A DNA stretch of 64,000 nucleotides from an uncultured Gemmatimonadales bacterium (GCA_963716255.1 OY970303.1:896001-960000), one strand, 5' to 3'; counted from the stretch's first letter, positions 47,609 through 57,508 are shown. Numbers and translations: made by a program. Notes: generated by a model from the letters alone, not told the origin.

Positions 47609-48829
47609 TCACTCCTTCCTCTCCGGCGGGTCGAACCCCGCCAGCTCCGGGCTGAACCCGCGCTCCGCCAGCGGGCGCACCTCGCGGCGGGGGAACATCC
47701 ACCGCCCCAGCTCCGGCGCGAAGCGGATCCCGGCCGTGCCCACCAGCGACAGCGACAGCACCAGCATCGCCACCAGCGCGGCCAGCTCGTGGTAGCCGGC
47801 GGCGGCGGCGATGCCGGCCAGCACGATGGAAAACTCGCCGCGGGGAACCAGGGTGAGCCCCAGGGTGAGCGCGCTGCGCGGCGGCAGCCCCTCGCGCCGG
47901 CCGATCCACCACCCGCCGGCCACCTTCAGCGCCACCCCCAGCAGGGTGAGCGAAAGCGCCTGCGGCCACACCGCGGCGAAGGTCGCCGGGTCGATGGACA
48001 GGCCGAACCCCAGGAAGAAGACCGCCGCGAAGAGGCCCTGGAGCGGCGCGAACAGGCGCTCCACCCGCTCGCGGTGCTCCGTCTCCGCCAGCGCCAGCCC
48101 GGCCAGGAAGGCGCCGATCGCTTCCGAGAGCCCCGCCGCGAGCGCCGCCCACGACAGCAGCAGCACCAGCGAGGCCGCCAGCAGCAGGAACAGGTCGTCG
48201 CTCTCCAGGTCGAAGGCGCGGTCCAGCGCCCGCCGTCCCCACAGCGCCGCCCCCACCACCGCCCCGAAGAAGAGCAGCGCCTTCCCCACCCCGCCGGCCA
48301 CCGCCAGCGCGCTGGGCTCCGCCACCAGCACCGCCCCCGAGAGCACCGCCAGCAGCAGCGCCACGAACAGGTCCTCGAACACCAGCACCCCCAGCGCCGT
48401 TTCCGTCTCCGGGTTGGCGGAGCGGCGCATCTCGATCACGCTCTTGGCGATGATGGCGCTGGACGACACGTAGAAGGCTCCCGCCAGCAGCAGCCCCCCC
48501 GCCCACCCCCACCCCATGGCGAGCGCCGCCAGGAACCCCGCGGGAAAACAGACCGCCAGGTCGATGGCGCCGTTGCGGAGGATGCTGCGGCGGTTGCGCA
48601 GCAGCGCCGCCAGCGAGAACTCCACCCCCATCAGGAAGAGCAGCAGCACCACCCCCAGCGTGGCCAGCACCTCCACCATGTGCTCGTCCAGCGCGTACGG
48701 GCGCGCCGCCATCCCCAGCAGGATGAAGGCGGGGATCACCGACTGGCGAAGCCGGCTGAACAGGAGACCCCCGAGCGCGAGCACGCCCAGGAGGACGCCC
48801 GCGCCCAGGAGAAAGCCGCCGTGCTCCAT
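47609..48829 (-). CDS. CPA2 cation:proton antiporter (KhtU/YhaU-like)
   Basis: GVVLLLFLMGVE, SSSAIIAK, VFEDL, GAFLAG, PRGEFS; paired with a KhtT-like gene. Confidence 0.9.
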   Translation of the reverse strand: MEHGGFLLGAGVLLGVLALGGLLFSRLRQSVIPAFILLGMAARPYALDEHMVEVLATLGVVLLLFLMGVEFSLAALLRNRRSILRNGAIDLAVCFPAGFLAALAMGWGWAGGLLLAGAFYVSSSAIIAKSVIEMRRSANPETETALGVLVFEDLFVALLLAVLSGAVLVAEPSALAVAGGVGKALLFFGAVVGAALWGRRALDRAFDLESDDLFLLLAASLVLLLSWAALAAGLSEAIGAFLAGLALAETEHRERVERLFAPLQGLFAAVFFLGFGLSIDPATFAAVWPQALSLTLLGVALKVAGGWWIGRREGLPPRSALTLGLTLVPRGEFSIVLAGIAAAAGYHELAALVAMLVLSLSLVGTAGIRFAPELGRWMFPRREVRPLAERGFSPELAGFDPPERKE

Positions 48830-48837
48830 CGCGTCCG

Positions 48838-49332
48838 TCAGGAGCCGGGCGGGCGTCCGCGGAGCAGGCCCCCGAAGCGCCCCACCTGCTCGCGGTCGCC
48901 GATGACCATCAGCGTGGACCCTGCCTCGATGCGCTGGTCCGGCTGCGGGTTGGGGGTGGCCCTGCCGTCCCGGAGCACCGCGATGATGCTGGCGCCCGTG
49001 CGCTCGCGCACCGCCGCCTCCAGCAGCGTCATCCCGGCCAGCGGCGACGACGGCTCCACCTTCATCCACTCCACCGAAAGCTGCCCCAGCACCATGTCCA
49101 TGGATTCCCCCATGGCGGGCTGGAAGTAGGCGCCGCCCAGGATCGCCCCCAGCTTGCGGGCCTCCGCGTCCTCCAGGCGCACCGCCGCGTGCGGGAAGTC
49201 CTCCCCGCGCTCGAACAGGTAGACCTCGCGGGCGCCGGTGTTGTGGATGATCACCGTCAGGCGGTCGCCGTCGTCGGTGGTGCAGGCGAACTTCTTCCCC
49301 ACGCCGGGGAGGTCGTGCTCGCGTACGTCCAT
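48838..49332 (-). CDS. KhtT-like antiporter regulatory subunit (TrkA-C/RCK_C)
   Basis: LPGVGKKF, EARKLGAILGG, VRERTGASIIAVLR...PNP. Confidence 0.85.
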   Translation of the reverse strand: MDVREHDLPGVGKKFACTTDDGDRLTVIIHNTGAREVYLFERGEDFPHAAVRLEDAEARKLGAILGGAYFQPAMGESMDMVLGQLSVEWMKVEPSSPLAGMTLLEAAVRERTGASIIAVLRDGRATPNPQPDQRIEAGSTLMVIGDREQVGRFGGLLRGRPPGS

Positions 49333-49429
49333 GGTCCGGGTGCGCAGGGTGGAGGATCGTGAATGCGGAGCCGTGGGGTTTCGGACGGCAGGATGTGCGC
49401 CAGCGACATCTTCAACGGCACGTGACGAC

Positions 49430-49568
49430 GGGTTCGGGCATGCCCCCGGCTGGCGCCGGGGTCGGGCTTCGGCTCCGTAAGCGAGCAGACTACGCTCGCC
49501 AACGGAGTCGAGCCCCGGCGGAAACAGCCCCGCCGGGTCTCGCCCCTTCGGGCCGTAATCCCTCACGC
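49430..49568 (-). repeat. Family A element, copy A8, followed by palindrome C at 49611-49653
   Basis: Reverse-complement copy; stems CCCGGCGG/CCGCCGGG and GCGAGC/GCTCGC. Confidence 0.95.
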
Positions 49569-49790
49569 GACGGCAGCTCCGCACGATTCCGGAACGGCTC
49601 CGCAGTTGTCGTTCTCCCCTCCCCCTTGCGGGGAGGGGTCGGGGGAGGGGGTCGCCGTCGTCGTACTCCCCATCCCCACGACCTCGATCGAGCCGGGTGA
49701 GGGCCGACGTTCCGCTGCCCTACCCGGCACATGCCTTGCGGCCCCCCCAGCGGCAAGCGCGGGAAAGCACCGGCTACTACACGCGGGGGG

Positions 49791-51569
49791 ATGAGAAACG
49801 AGATCGGCGTGACACACGAGGAGCACCCGCGGCAGGCCGCCCCGCTGGCCGAGCGGGCGCTCCGGCAGATGCCGGCGGCGGTGGCCGTCGTGGACGCGGA
49901 CACGGGGCGCGTGGTGCTGGCGAGCGCGCGAGCGGAGGACGGCGAGGGCCCGCCCGGGTTTCCCGGTGCGGGCCCCGGTGCCGCCCTGCGCCCCGACGGA
50001 ACGCCGTACCCGCCGGGGGAGTGGCCGCTGGCGCGCTCCCTCCGGGACGGCGAGACCGTCACCGGCCAGGAGGTCGCGTTCCGGCGGGAGGACGGGTCCA
50101 CGGTCGTGTACCTGCTCCATACCGCCCCGGTGCGCGACGACGCCGGGCGCATCGCCGCGGGGGTCGCGCTCTGGACCGAGGTCACCGGGGCGCGCCGCGC
50201 CGCCGCCGAGCACGAGGACCTGCTGGGGCGCGAGCGGGAGGCCCGCGAGGAGGCCGTGCTCGCCCGCACCGTGGCCGAGGCCGCGCAGCTGGAGGCCCAG
50301 GCGGCGGACACCGCCAAGTCCAGCTTCCTGGCCAGCATGAGCCACGAGATCCGCACCCCCATCAACGCCATCATGGGGTACACCGACCTCCTGGACCTGG
50401 GGCTCAGCGGGCCGGTGAACGAGGGGCAGCACGCCCAGCTCGCCCGCATCCGCGACAGCAGCCGGCACCTGCTTTCGCTGGTCAACGAGGTGCTGGACGT
50501 CGCCAAGATCGACGCCGGCGAGATGGAGGTGGACCGCGAGCCCGGGCGCCTGGCCGACGCCGTGGACGCCGCGCTGGACATGGTGCGGCCCCAGGCGGCC
50601 GAGCGCGGCCTCGCCCTGTCCGAGCGCTGCGAGGGCGACCCGCACGCCTCCTTCCTGGGGGACGCCGGGCGCGTGCGCCAGATCGCCGTCAACCTGCTTT
50701 CCAACGCCGTCAAGTTCACCCCCTCCGGGGGGCGGATCCGCGTGGCGTGCGGGGTCGCGCCGCACCCGCACGGCGAGGTGTCCGCCACGCACGCCGGGCC
50801 CTGGGCGTACCTGGCGGTGGAGGACAACGGCATCGGGATCGCGCCGGGGGTGACCGTGCGCATCTTCGAGCCCTTCGTGCAGGCCGAGGAGGGGCGCACC
50901 CGGCGCGCCGGCGGCACGGGGCTGGGGCTCACCATCAGCCGCAAGCTCGCCCGCCTGATGAAGGGCGACCTCACCGTCCGCAGCCAGCCGGGCGAGGGCT
51001 CCACCTTCACCCTCTGGCTCCCGGCCGCGGAGCCGCCCCAGGACGGGGGCGGCGACCCCACCGCGGGGCGCGCCGCCCCGCCCCGCATCCGCGGCATCGC
51101 GGGGCTGGGCATGCGCATGCTGGACGAGGTGGACTCCGTGTGCCAGCGGTTCGTCCTGCGGTTCCGCGCCGACCCTCCCGTCCCGCAGGTGGCCGCCCTC
51201 CCCGACTCGGTGGTCCGCAACCACTTCGCCGCGCTGGTCACCGACGCGGTGCAGTGCCTGGTCATCCTGGAAGAATCGCCCGACGACGCCGCCGACCTGA
51301 TGCTGGACGGCAGCGCCATCCAGCGCACCATCGCCGACCGCCACGGCTTCCAGCGCCACCGCCTGGGGTGGACCGAGGAGGCGGTGCGCGAGGACTACCG
51401 CGTCCTCATGGAGGAGGTGGAGGCGTGCACCCGGGACTCCGCCCGGGACGTCCCCGACCCCGACCCGGAGCTCGCGCTCTCGCTGCTGCGCAGCTTCATG
51501 CAGCAGGCCGTGAACATCAGCATCCGCGCCTTCCGCATCGCCCGGCGGGCGGACGAGCACCCGCGGTAG
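49791..51569 (+). CDS. PAS-domain histidine kinase with extra C-terminal helical domain
   Basis: PAS/PAC; MSHEIRTPINA, NAVKFT, DNGIGI, GTGLGL; C-terminal HGFQRHRLGW..EDY. Confidence 0.9.
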   Translation: MRNEIGVTHEEHPRQAAPLAERALRQMPAAVAVVDADTGRVVLASARAEDGEGPPGFPGAGPGAALRPDGTPYPPGEWPLARSLRDGETVTGQEVAFRREDGSTVVYLLHTAPVRDDAGRIAAGVALWTEVTGARRAAAEHEDLLGREREAREEAVLARTVAEAAQLEAQAADTAKSSFLASMSHEIRTPINAIMGYTDLLDLGLSGPVNEGQHAQLARIRDSSRHLLSLVNEVLDVAKIDAGEMEVDREPGRLADAVDAALDMVRPQAAERGLALSERCEGDPHASFLGDAGRVRQIAVNLLSNAVKFTPSGGRIRVACGVAPHPHGEVSATHAGPWAYLAVEDNGIGIAPGVTVRIFEPFVQAEEGRTRRAGGTGLGLTISRKLARLMKGDLTVRSQPGEGSTFTLWLPAAEPPQDGGGDPTAGRAAPPRIRGIAGLGMRMLDEVDSVCQRFVLRFRADPPVPQVAALPDSVVRNHFAALVTDAVQCLVILEESPDDAADLMLDGSAIQRTIADRHGFQRHRLGWTEEAVREDYRVLMEEVEACTRDSARDVPDPDPELALSLLRSFMQQAVNISIRAFRIARRADEHPR

Positions 51570-51681
51570 GCCCGGTCCGCCAAAACTGCGCACGGTGCTT
51601 GCACGGGCCGGGCGCTCCGCCGCGGGTGGAGGGTTCCGGCCCCCGCGGGCATCGCGACACCACCCGGAGAAGAGAGACACC

Positions 51682-52278
51682 ATGGCCGACATCGACATCG
51701 AGAAAAAGAAAAGCGGAATGGGGATCCTCCCGTGGATCCTGGGGCTCATCCTGCTCGCTCTGATCCTGTGGGGGCTGACGCGGTGCGGCGGCGACGACGC
51801 CGGGGAAAGGGAGACGGTGATCACGACCACGGGCGACCGCGGCGACCCGGCCGTGGCGCCCATGCCCATGGACACCGGGATGGCGATGGCCGACACCACG
51901 GCGGCGGGCGCGGCCGGCGTGGCGGGCGCGGCAGGAGCAGCGGGTGCGCTCCCGATCGCGGCGATCCTGGCCAGCCCGGGGCAGTACGGCACGCAGTCCG
52001 TGTCCGGCAGCGCCCGCGTCACCGACGTGATCTCCGACCGCGGGTTCTGGGTGGAGGAGGGCGGCCAGCGCATGTTCGTGGTCATTGCCGAGCCGCAGTC
52101 CGCGGAGCAGGTCGTCGACATCAACGCCGGGCAGACGATCCGCCTTTCCGGCTCCGTGCGCGAGGGCTCGACCGCGGGCCAGCTCACCGGGGTGGAGCAG
52201 GAGGCGCAGCGGACCGCGCAGGGCCAGCCTGCCTTCCTGCTGGTGAACCCGTCGGAGGTGTCCGTCTCCACGCCCTGA
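51682..52278 (+). CDS. Hypothetical membrane-anchored protein
   Basis: MADIDIEKK then one TM helix, Ala/Gly linker and an OB-fold-like C-terminal part. Confidence 0.75.
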   Translation: MADIDIEKKKSGMGILPWILGLILLALILWGLTRCGGDDAGERETVITTTGDRGDPAVAPMPMDTGMAMADTTAAGAAGVAGAAGAAGALPIAAILASPGQYGTQSVSGSARVTDVISDRGFWVEEGGQRMFVVIAEPQSAEQVVDINAGQTIRLSGSVREGSTAGQLTGVEQEAQRTAQGQPAFLLVNPSEVSVSTP

Positions 52279-52400
52279 GACGGCTTCGCGGCGGGGGGTG
52301 CCACGGCACCCCCCGCCCGCGCCGCCCTCGCCCCGCCCCGCCCGGCACCCTAGATTCGTGTCGCCCCGGCGCTCCGCCGGCGCCGCCCCGCGACCCCACG

Positions 52401-53273
52401 ATGCGACCCGACCCCGACCTCGCTCCCCCCGCTTCCGTGTCCGGCCTTCCCTGCCGGGTCGCCACCCGCTACGTGCAGCCGCTGCGCGAGGGCGGCACGC
52501 TCCCGGCCGTGGTGGACACCGACGGCGGCGGGCTGTTCGTCGTCAAGTTCCGCGGCGCGGGTCAGGGAGCGAAGGCGCTGGTGGCGGAGCTGGTGGTGGG
52601 GCTGCTCGCCCGCGAGGCGGGGCTCCCCGTCCCGGATCTCGCCCTGGTGGAGGTGCTCCCCAGCTTCGGGCGCACCGAGCCCGACCCGGAGATCCGCGAG
52701 CTGCTGAAGCGGAGCCACGGCGTCAACGTGGGAATGCGCTACCTGGACGGCGCCTTCAACTTCGACGCGTCCGCGGCGGGCGACCTGGTGTCGCCGGAGC
52801 TGGCGGCGCGCGTGGTGTGGCTGGACGCCTTCGCCACCAACCCCGACCGCACCGCCCGCAACCCCAACCTGCTGGTGTGGGAGCGCCGCCCCTGGCTCAT
52901 CGACCACGGCGCCGCGCTGTATGCCCAGCACAACTGGCCCTCGGTGGACGAGACGCGCGCCCGCACCGCTTTTCCCCTGATCCGCGACCACGTGCTGCTG
53001 GCCGCCGCCGGCGACCTGGAGGCCGCCGACGCGGAGCTGGCCGCGCGCTTCACCGACACGGCGCTCGCCGGCGTGCTCGCCCGGGTGCCTGACTCGCTGC
53101 TGGAGGATCCCGCCGTGGCGGCGGACTTTCCCTCGCCGGAGGCGGCGCGCGAGCGCTACGCCGGCTACCTGGCCACGCGGCTGCGCGGGCCGCGCGCCTG
53201 GGTGGCGGAGGCCGCGTCCGCGCGCGAGCGGCGGCTCGCGGAGCCGCCCCGCCGGCTCGCCGCCCGCCGGTGA
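52401..53273 (+). CDS. HipA-like kinase (HipA_2 type)
   Basis: PLREGG.LP, VKFRGAGQG, N.DRTARNPN, LIDHGA. Confidence 0.85.
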   Translation: MRPDPDLAPPASVSGLPCRVATRYVQPLREGGTLPAVVDTDGGGLFVVKFRGAGQGAKALVAELVVGLLAREAGLPVPDLALVEVLPSFGRTEPDPEIRELLKRSHGVNVGMRYLDGAFNFDASAAGDLVSPELAARVVWLDAFATNPDRTARNPNLLVWERRPWLIDHGAALYAQHNWPSVDETRARTAFPLIRDHVLLAAAGDLEAADAELAARFTDTALAGVLARVPDSLLEDPAVAADFPSPEAARERYAGYLATRLRGPRAWVAEAASARERRLAEPPRRLAARR

Positions 53274-53716
53274 GGGGCGGCGTGGGGGCCCGCGCCTGGA
53301 ACGGCTACGACTTCGCGGTGGTGCGCGTGGTGCCGCACCCCTTCACCGGCGCCTTCGTCCCGGTGGGCGTGGTGGTGCACGCCCGCACCCGCGAGTTCCT
53401 GGGAATGCGCGTGGTCACCGACCCCGCCGAGCTGGCGGCGCGGGTGCCGGAGCTGGACGCCGAGCTGCTCGCCCGCTACCTGTGCGCCCTGCGCGCGGTG
53501 TGCGAGGGGGAGCCCGCGGCCGGCCCGGTGGCGCTCGCCTCGCCCTCGGAGCGGTTTCACTGGCTCACCGCGCCCCGCTCCGACGTGATCCAGAGCGGAC
53601 CCGTGCACGGCGGCCTGTGCGACGACCCGGAGGCCGCGCTGGAGGAGCTTTTCGCCACGTACGTACAGGGCTCCGGGGGGAAACACGCGGTTCAGGGCCG
53701 CCCCGGTGGCCCCTAA
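53270..53716 (+). CDS. DUF3037 family protein
   Basis: YDFAVVRVVP, VGVVV, ERFHWLTAPRS, PVHGG; GTGA overlap with the kinase gene. Confidence 0.85.
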   Translation: MRGGVGARAWNGYDFAVVRVVPHPFTGAFVPVGVVVHARTREFLGMRVVTDPAELAARVPELDAELLARYLCALRAVCEGEPAAGPVALASPSERFHWLTAPRSDVIQSGPVHGGLCDDPEAALEELFATYVQGSGGKHAVQGRPGGP

Positions 53717-53811
53717 CCTGCATGCAGGATTGCAGTTATGCGAAACCTCCGGCCGCGGTGGCGGCCGGTGGGGGCGGGACCCCGGATCCAGCGAGCGGAG
53801 CGCGAAGGAGA

Positions 53812-54177
53812 ATGGCACTGAGAAGCTTCACGGCCCCGGACGGAACGGCCTGGCTGGCCTGGAAGGTGACCCCCGCCTCGGTGCTGTACGACGGTCCTCA
53901 GCGGCGCCTCCGCGACCGGCGCGGGCAGGACGTGATCCTCTACCGCGGCCCGGAGCGCAGGGTCACCGAGCGGCGCCGGAGCGCGCCCAGCCGCCCCCTG
54001 CTCACGGGCAAGCTCGACAACGGGTGGCTGGCCTTCGAGGCGGAGTCGGGCGAAGCGAAGCGCCGCCTCTGCCCGCCGCCCGAGGGGTGGGAGCGCCTCC
54101 CGGACGCCGAGCTGGTGCGGCTGTGGCACGCCGCCGAGCCCGTCCGGGGCACCGTCCCCGCCGCCGGCCACAACTAG
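53812..54177 (+). CDS. Hypothetical protein
   Basis: AAGGAG RBS; RSFTAPDG..W..W, ERR repeats, GWLAFE...KRRL.P.P.GW. Confidence 0.7.
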   Translation: MALRSFTAPDGTAWLAWKVTPASVLYDGPQRRLRDRRGQDVILYRGPERRVTERRRSAPSRPLLTGKLDNGWLAFEAESGEAKRRLCPPPEGWERLPDAELVRLWHAAEPVRGTVPAAGHN

Positions 54178-54280
54178 CCGCGGCACCGTCCCTGCACCGG
54201 CACTCCACCCGGGAGCGGCGCGCTCCCGGGCGCGCCGCCCGTCCGCCCCGTCCACCCACACCCGCCGGGACCAGACTCCG

Positions 54281-54520
54281 TTGACCAGCGAAGCCGAGCC
54301 GGCCGCGCCCGTGCGCGACCCCCACGAGGCGGACGTGCGCCGCCTCACCGCCGCCCTGGAGGACATCGTGGCCCTCGCCCTGTCGGCGGGGGACGCCCGC
54401 CAGCGGGCCATCCTCATGCACCGCCGCGCCGTCGCCGCGCTCTCGGGCGCGGACCGCCCGCAGGCCGCCGGCGACGCCGGGCCCCCCGCGCGGCCCCGGG
54501 CCGACGCCGCGAACCCGTAG
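54281..54520 (+). CDS. Small hypothetical protein
   Basis: Host-like codon usage, helical; TTG start. Confidence 0.45.
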   Translation: MTSEAEPAAPVRDPHEADVRRLTAALEDIVALALSAGDARQRAILMHRRAVAALSGADRPQAAGDAGPPARPRADAANP

Positions 54521-54719
54521 CCCGCTCTCAGGGGGGCTTTCCCCTCGTCCGTTTCCCGCTCCACCGCTGCCGCCCCACGGGGGCGAGGCTCGCCGCCTCG
54601 CGCCCGTCTCGGCGCGCCCACGCGCCGCGCGCCTGGCCCCACAGTTGCGAATGCCGGGGGTCGCGGCACCCCGTGAAACGACCACGCAACCAGGGACGCA
54701 GCCCGGAGATACGCCACAC

Positions 54720-56564
54720 ATGCCACCCAGCCCCGACCCCGCAGCCGCCGCCGCCGAGCCGCCCGTCCGCGAGGCCGGCGAGCGCCGGGCCGCCGTGCTG
54801 CGCAGCGAGCAGCGCGCCCGCGAGCGGGCCGCGGGGGAGGCGCCCCCGCGCGATCCCTACACCGGCGTGGCCGTGCCGGGAGTCGCCTACCGCGCCTTCG
54901 CCGCGCTCGCCGAGAACGTGCGCGACTATGCCATCTTCCTCATGGACCCGGAAGGCGTGGTCACCTTCTGGGGCGAGGGCGCGCGGCTGATCAAGTTCTG
55001 GACCAAGGACCAGGCGGAGGGCTCCCACCTCCGCATGCTCTACCCGGACGGGGGCGCGGAGGACGGCACCGCCGAGGAGCACCTGCGCAGGGCGGCCGAG
55101 ACCGGCGAGTACTCGGGCGAGGGGCGGCGCATGCGCGGCGACGGGTCCACCTTCTGGGCCGGGATCACGCTCACCGCGCTGCGCGCCGACGACGGCACGC
55201 TGCTGGGCTTCGCCAAGGTCACCCGCGACCTGACGGCGGCGCGCGCGGCGGAGGCGGTGCTGCGGGGGGCGCACGCGGCGGCCGAGGCGGCGCGCCGCGA
55301 CGCGGAGGAGGCGAACCGCGCCAAGAGCATGTTCCTGGCGACCATGAGCCACGAGATCCGCACCCCCATCAACGCGGTGATGGGGTACTCGGACCTGCTG
55401 GACATGGAGATCGCGGGGCCGCTCAACGCGCAGCAGCGCATGCAGCTGGGGCGCATCCGCGCCAGCAGCATGCACCTCCTGGGGCTGGTCAACGAGGTGC
55501 TGGACTTTTCCCGCCTGGAGGCGGACCGGGTGGCGGTGGACCGCTCGGCGGGGCGGCTGGGGCCGGCGGTGGCGGGCGCGCTCTCGCTGGTGCAGCCGCA
55601 GGCGGAGCGGCGCGGGCTGGCGCTGGCGGACTCGGTGTCGGGGCAGGCGGCGGACGTGGCCTACCTGGGGGACGAGGAGCGGGTGCGCCAGGTGCTGGTC
55701 AACCTGCTCTCCAACGCGGTCAAGTTCACGCCGGAGGGCGGGCGCGTCACCGTGAGCGCGGGCACCGCGGAGCTGCCGCCGCCGGAGGCGCGCGTGGAGG
55801 GCGAGGGCCCGTGGGCCTTCGTGCGGGTGGAGGACACGGGGCCGGGGGTCGCGCCCGAACGGCTGGTCGCCGTGTTCGAGCTGTTCGAGCAGGCGGACAT
55901 GAGCCTGACGCGCCAGCACGGGGGGACGGGGCTGGGGCTCGCCATCAGCCGGCGCCTGGCGCGGCTCATGGGCGGCGACCTCACCGTGCGCAGCGAGCCG
56001 GGCGTGGGTTCGTCGTTCTTCCTCTGGCTCCCGGCGGCCCCCGCGGAGGGGACGGGCGTCGCGGCGGGGGTGGAGCCGCAGGGCGCCGCGACGTCGCCGG
56101 GGCTGCTGGAAGGGGTGCGCGACGCGCTGCTCCCCGACCTGGAGCGCATCCTCCACGTGTACGTGGCCCGGCTGCGCAGCGACCCCGGAACGCCCACCGC
56201 GCACGGCATGGGCGAGACGGAGCTGGAGGACCACCTGGCCACCTTCCTGGCGGACGTGGCCCAGACGCTGGGCGGCATGGACCTTTCCTCGGGCGCGGAG
56301 GACGAGGGGCTGCGCGCGGGGTCGGCGATCCAGCACACCGTCGCGGAGTGGCACGGCCGGCAGCGGCGCCGCCTGGGGTGGGGCCCGGAGGAGGTGCGGC
56401 GCGAGTTCGAGATCCTGAGCGAGGAGCTGGGGGCCGCCATCCGGCGGCGGGTGCGGGGCGAGAAGGGGGTGGAGGTGGAGCGAGCGGTGGACGCGGTGGG
56501 GGAGTTCGTGGCAGCGGCGGAGCGCGTGAGCCTGGCGGAGTACGGGGAGGCGGTCGCGGGCTGA
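54720..56564 (+). CDS. PAS-domain histidine kinase with extra C-terminal helical domain (paralog of 49791-51569)
   Basis: DYAIFLMD PAS, GFAKVTRD; MSHEIRTPINA, NAVKFT, DTGPG, GTGLGL; C-terminal HGRQRRRLGW..REF. Confidence 0.9.
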   Translation: MPPSPDPAAAAAEPPVREAGERRAAVLRSEQRARERAAGEAPPRDPYTGVAVPGVAYRAFAALAENVRDYAIFLMDPEGVVTFWGEGARLIKFWTKDQAEGSHLRMLYPDGGAEDGTAEEHLRRAAETGEYSGEGRRMRGDGSTFWAGITLTALRADDGTLLGFAKVTRDLTAARAAEAVLRGAHAAAEAARRDAEEANRAKSMFLATMSHEIRTPINAVMGYSDLLDMEIAGPLNAQQRMQLGRIRASSMHLLGLVNEVLDFSRLEADRVAVDRSAGRLGPAVAGALSLVQPQAERRGLALADSVSGQAADVAYLGDEERVRQVLVNLLSNAVKFTPEGGRVTVSAGTAELPPPEARVEGEGPWAFVRVEDTGPGVAPERLVAVFELFEQADMSLTRQHGGTGLGLAISRRLARLMGGDLTVRSEPGVGSSFFLWLPAAPAEGTGVAAGVEPQGAATSPGLLEGVRDALLPDLERILHVYVARLRSDPGTPTAHGMGETELEDHLATFLADVAQTLGGMDLSSGAEDEGLRAGSAIQHTVAEWHGRQRRRLGWGPEEVRREFEILSEELGAAIRRRVRGEKGVEVERAVDAVGEFVAAAERVSLAEYGEAVAG

Positions 56565-56583
56565 GTGGCAGCCGGGCGCCGCG

Positions 56584-57060
56584 CTATCCGCGCGCGCGCC
56601 CGGCCTGCCGCGGCGGGTCCAGCGCCCTGAAGGCGTCCAGCGCGGTTTCCATGGACGTGCCGTGGCCCTCCCGCCCGGACAGGCGGGCGAACTCCTCCAC
56701 GAACGCGGCGTGGGTCTCCAGCGACGCGGGCTGCCGGGCACCGGCCTCGGTGCTGCGCAGGGTGCTCGTCAGCTCGTCCTCGCCCGGGAAGCCGAGCGAG
56801 CGGCTCCAGTCGGCGAACGCTTCGGCCAGCCGCTGCGACAGGCGGATGGACTCGAACATCGAGAACCCCCGCACGTGCCGCGCGTGCATCCACGCGCACC
56901 GGCGCCCCCGCTGCATGGCCCGCACGCCCGCGTGGCCGTGGTCCTCGGTCTCCGGCAGGGGAGTCATGCCCTTGGACGTCAGGCAGTAGTCCCGCACGGC
57001 TTCGAAGAACACCTCCCACGTGTCCTGGGGACTGCTCGGCTCGGGCGTCTCGGACACCAT
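56584..57060 (-). CDS. Hypothetical protein divergent from peptide C gene
   Basis: GAGG RBS, host-like codon usage; no recognisable motif. Confidence 0.6.
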   Translation of the reverse strand: MVSETPEPSSPQDTWEVFFEAVRDYCLTSKGMTPLPETEDHGHAGVRAMQRGRRCAWMHARHVRGFSMFESIRLSQRLAEAFADWSRSLGFPGEDELTSTLRSTEAGARQPASLETHAAFVEEFARLSGREGHGTSMETALDAFRALDPPRQAGRARG

Positions 57061-57474
57061 GGGGTACCTCTCGCGGCTCGCGTGTCGGCCCGTAGAAAGC
57101 TGGAGAGGCCCGCAGCAAATCAGGTGCCCGATCCGGCGGGGTGCGGAGCCGGGGGCCGGGTGTCGGAGCGCTGGGACATGGGACACGTGTGCCACAGGCG
57201 CGGTGGACAGTGCGGCGCAACGGACCGGCCGTCGCTGCGTGCGTCACGGTGCCGGACGGGGACAGGGTATACCCGCGCGGACTCGGCCGGTTGAGTGTCG
57301 CGGCTGGCTGAGCAACGGAGGCACTTCAGGAGAGTTGTCCCGCCGCGCCTTATTAGCTGAGTGCAGTAGCTAGGGCGGGGTGATGTGAACTGGGGCAAGG
57401 ATGCCCCAGAAAATAAACTCCGGCGGGGACAAGAAGGAGACGGGTGTCAGAATACGTATGGGAAGTTAGTTTAC

Positions 57475-57508
57475 AAAGTGGACAGGACGACACCGTCCGA
57501 TCCACTTT
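57475..57508 (+). promoter_or_regulatory. Inverted repeat in the leader of peptide C gene containing the GTCCACT motif
   Basis: AAAGTGGA-CA-GGACG-ACAC-CGTCC-GA-TCCACTTT. Confidence 0.45.

Noticed and set aside
127..49568. Repeat families as CRISPR arrays, tRNAs or hammerhead ribozymes
   Set aside because: Copies are dispersed rather than repeat-spacer arrays, and there are no cas genes. There is no cloverleaf or T-loop/CCA arrangement, and no CUGANGA/GAAA hammerhead core on either strand
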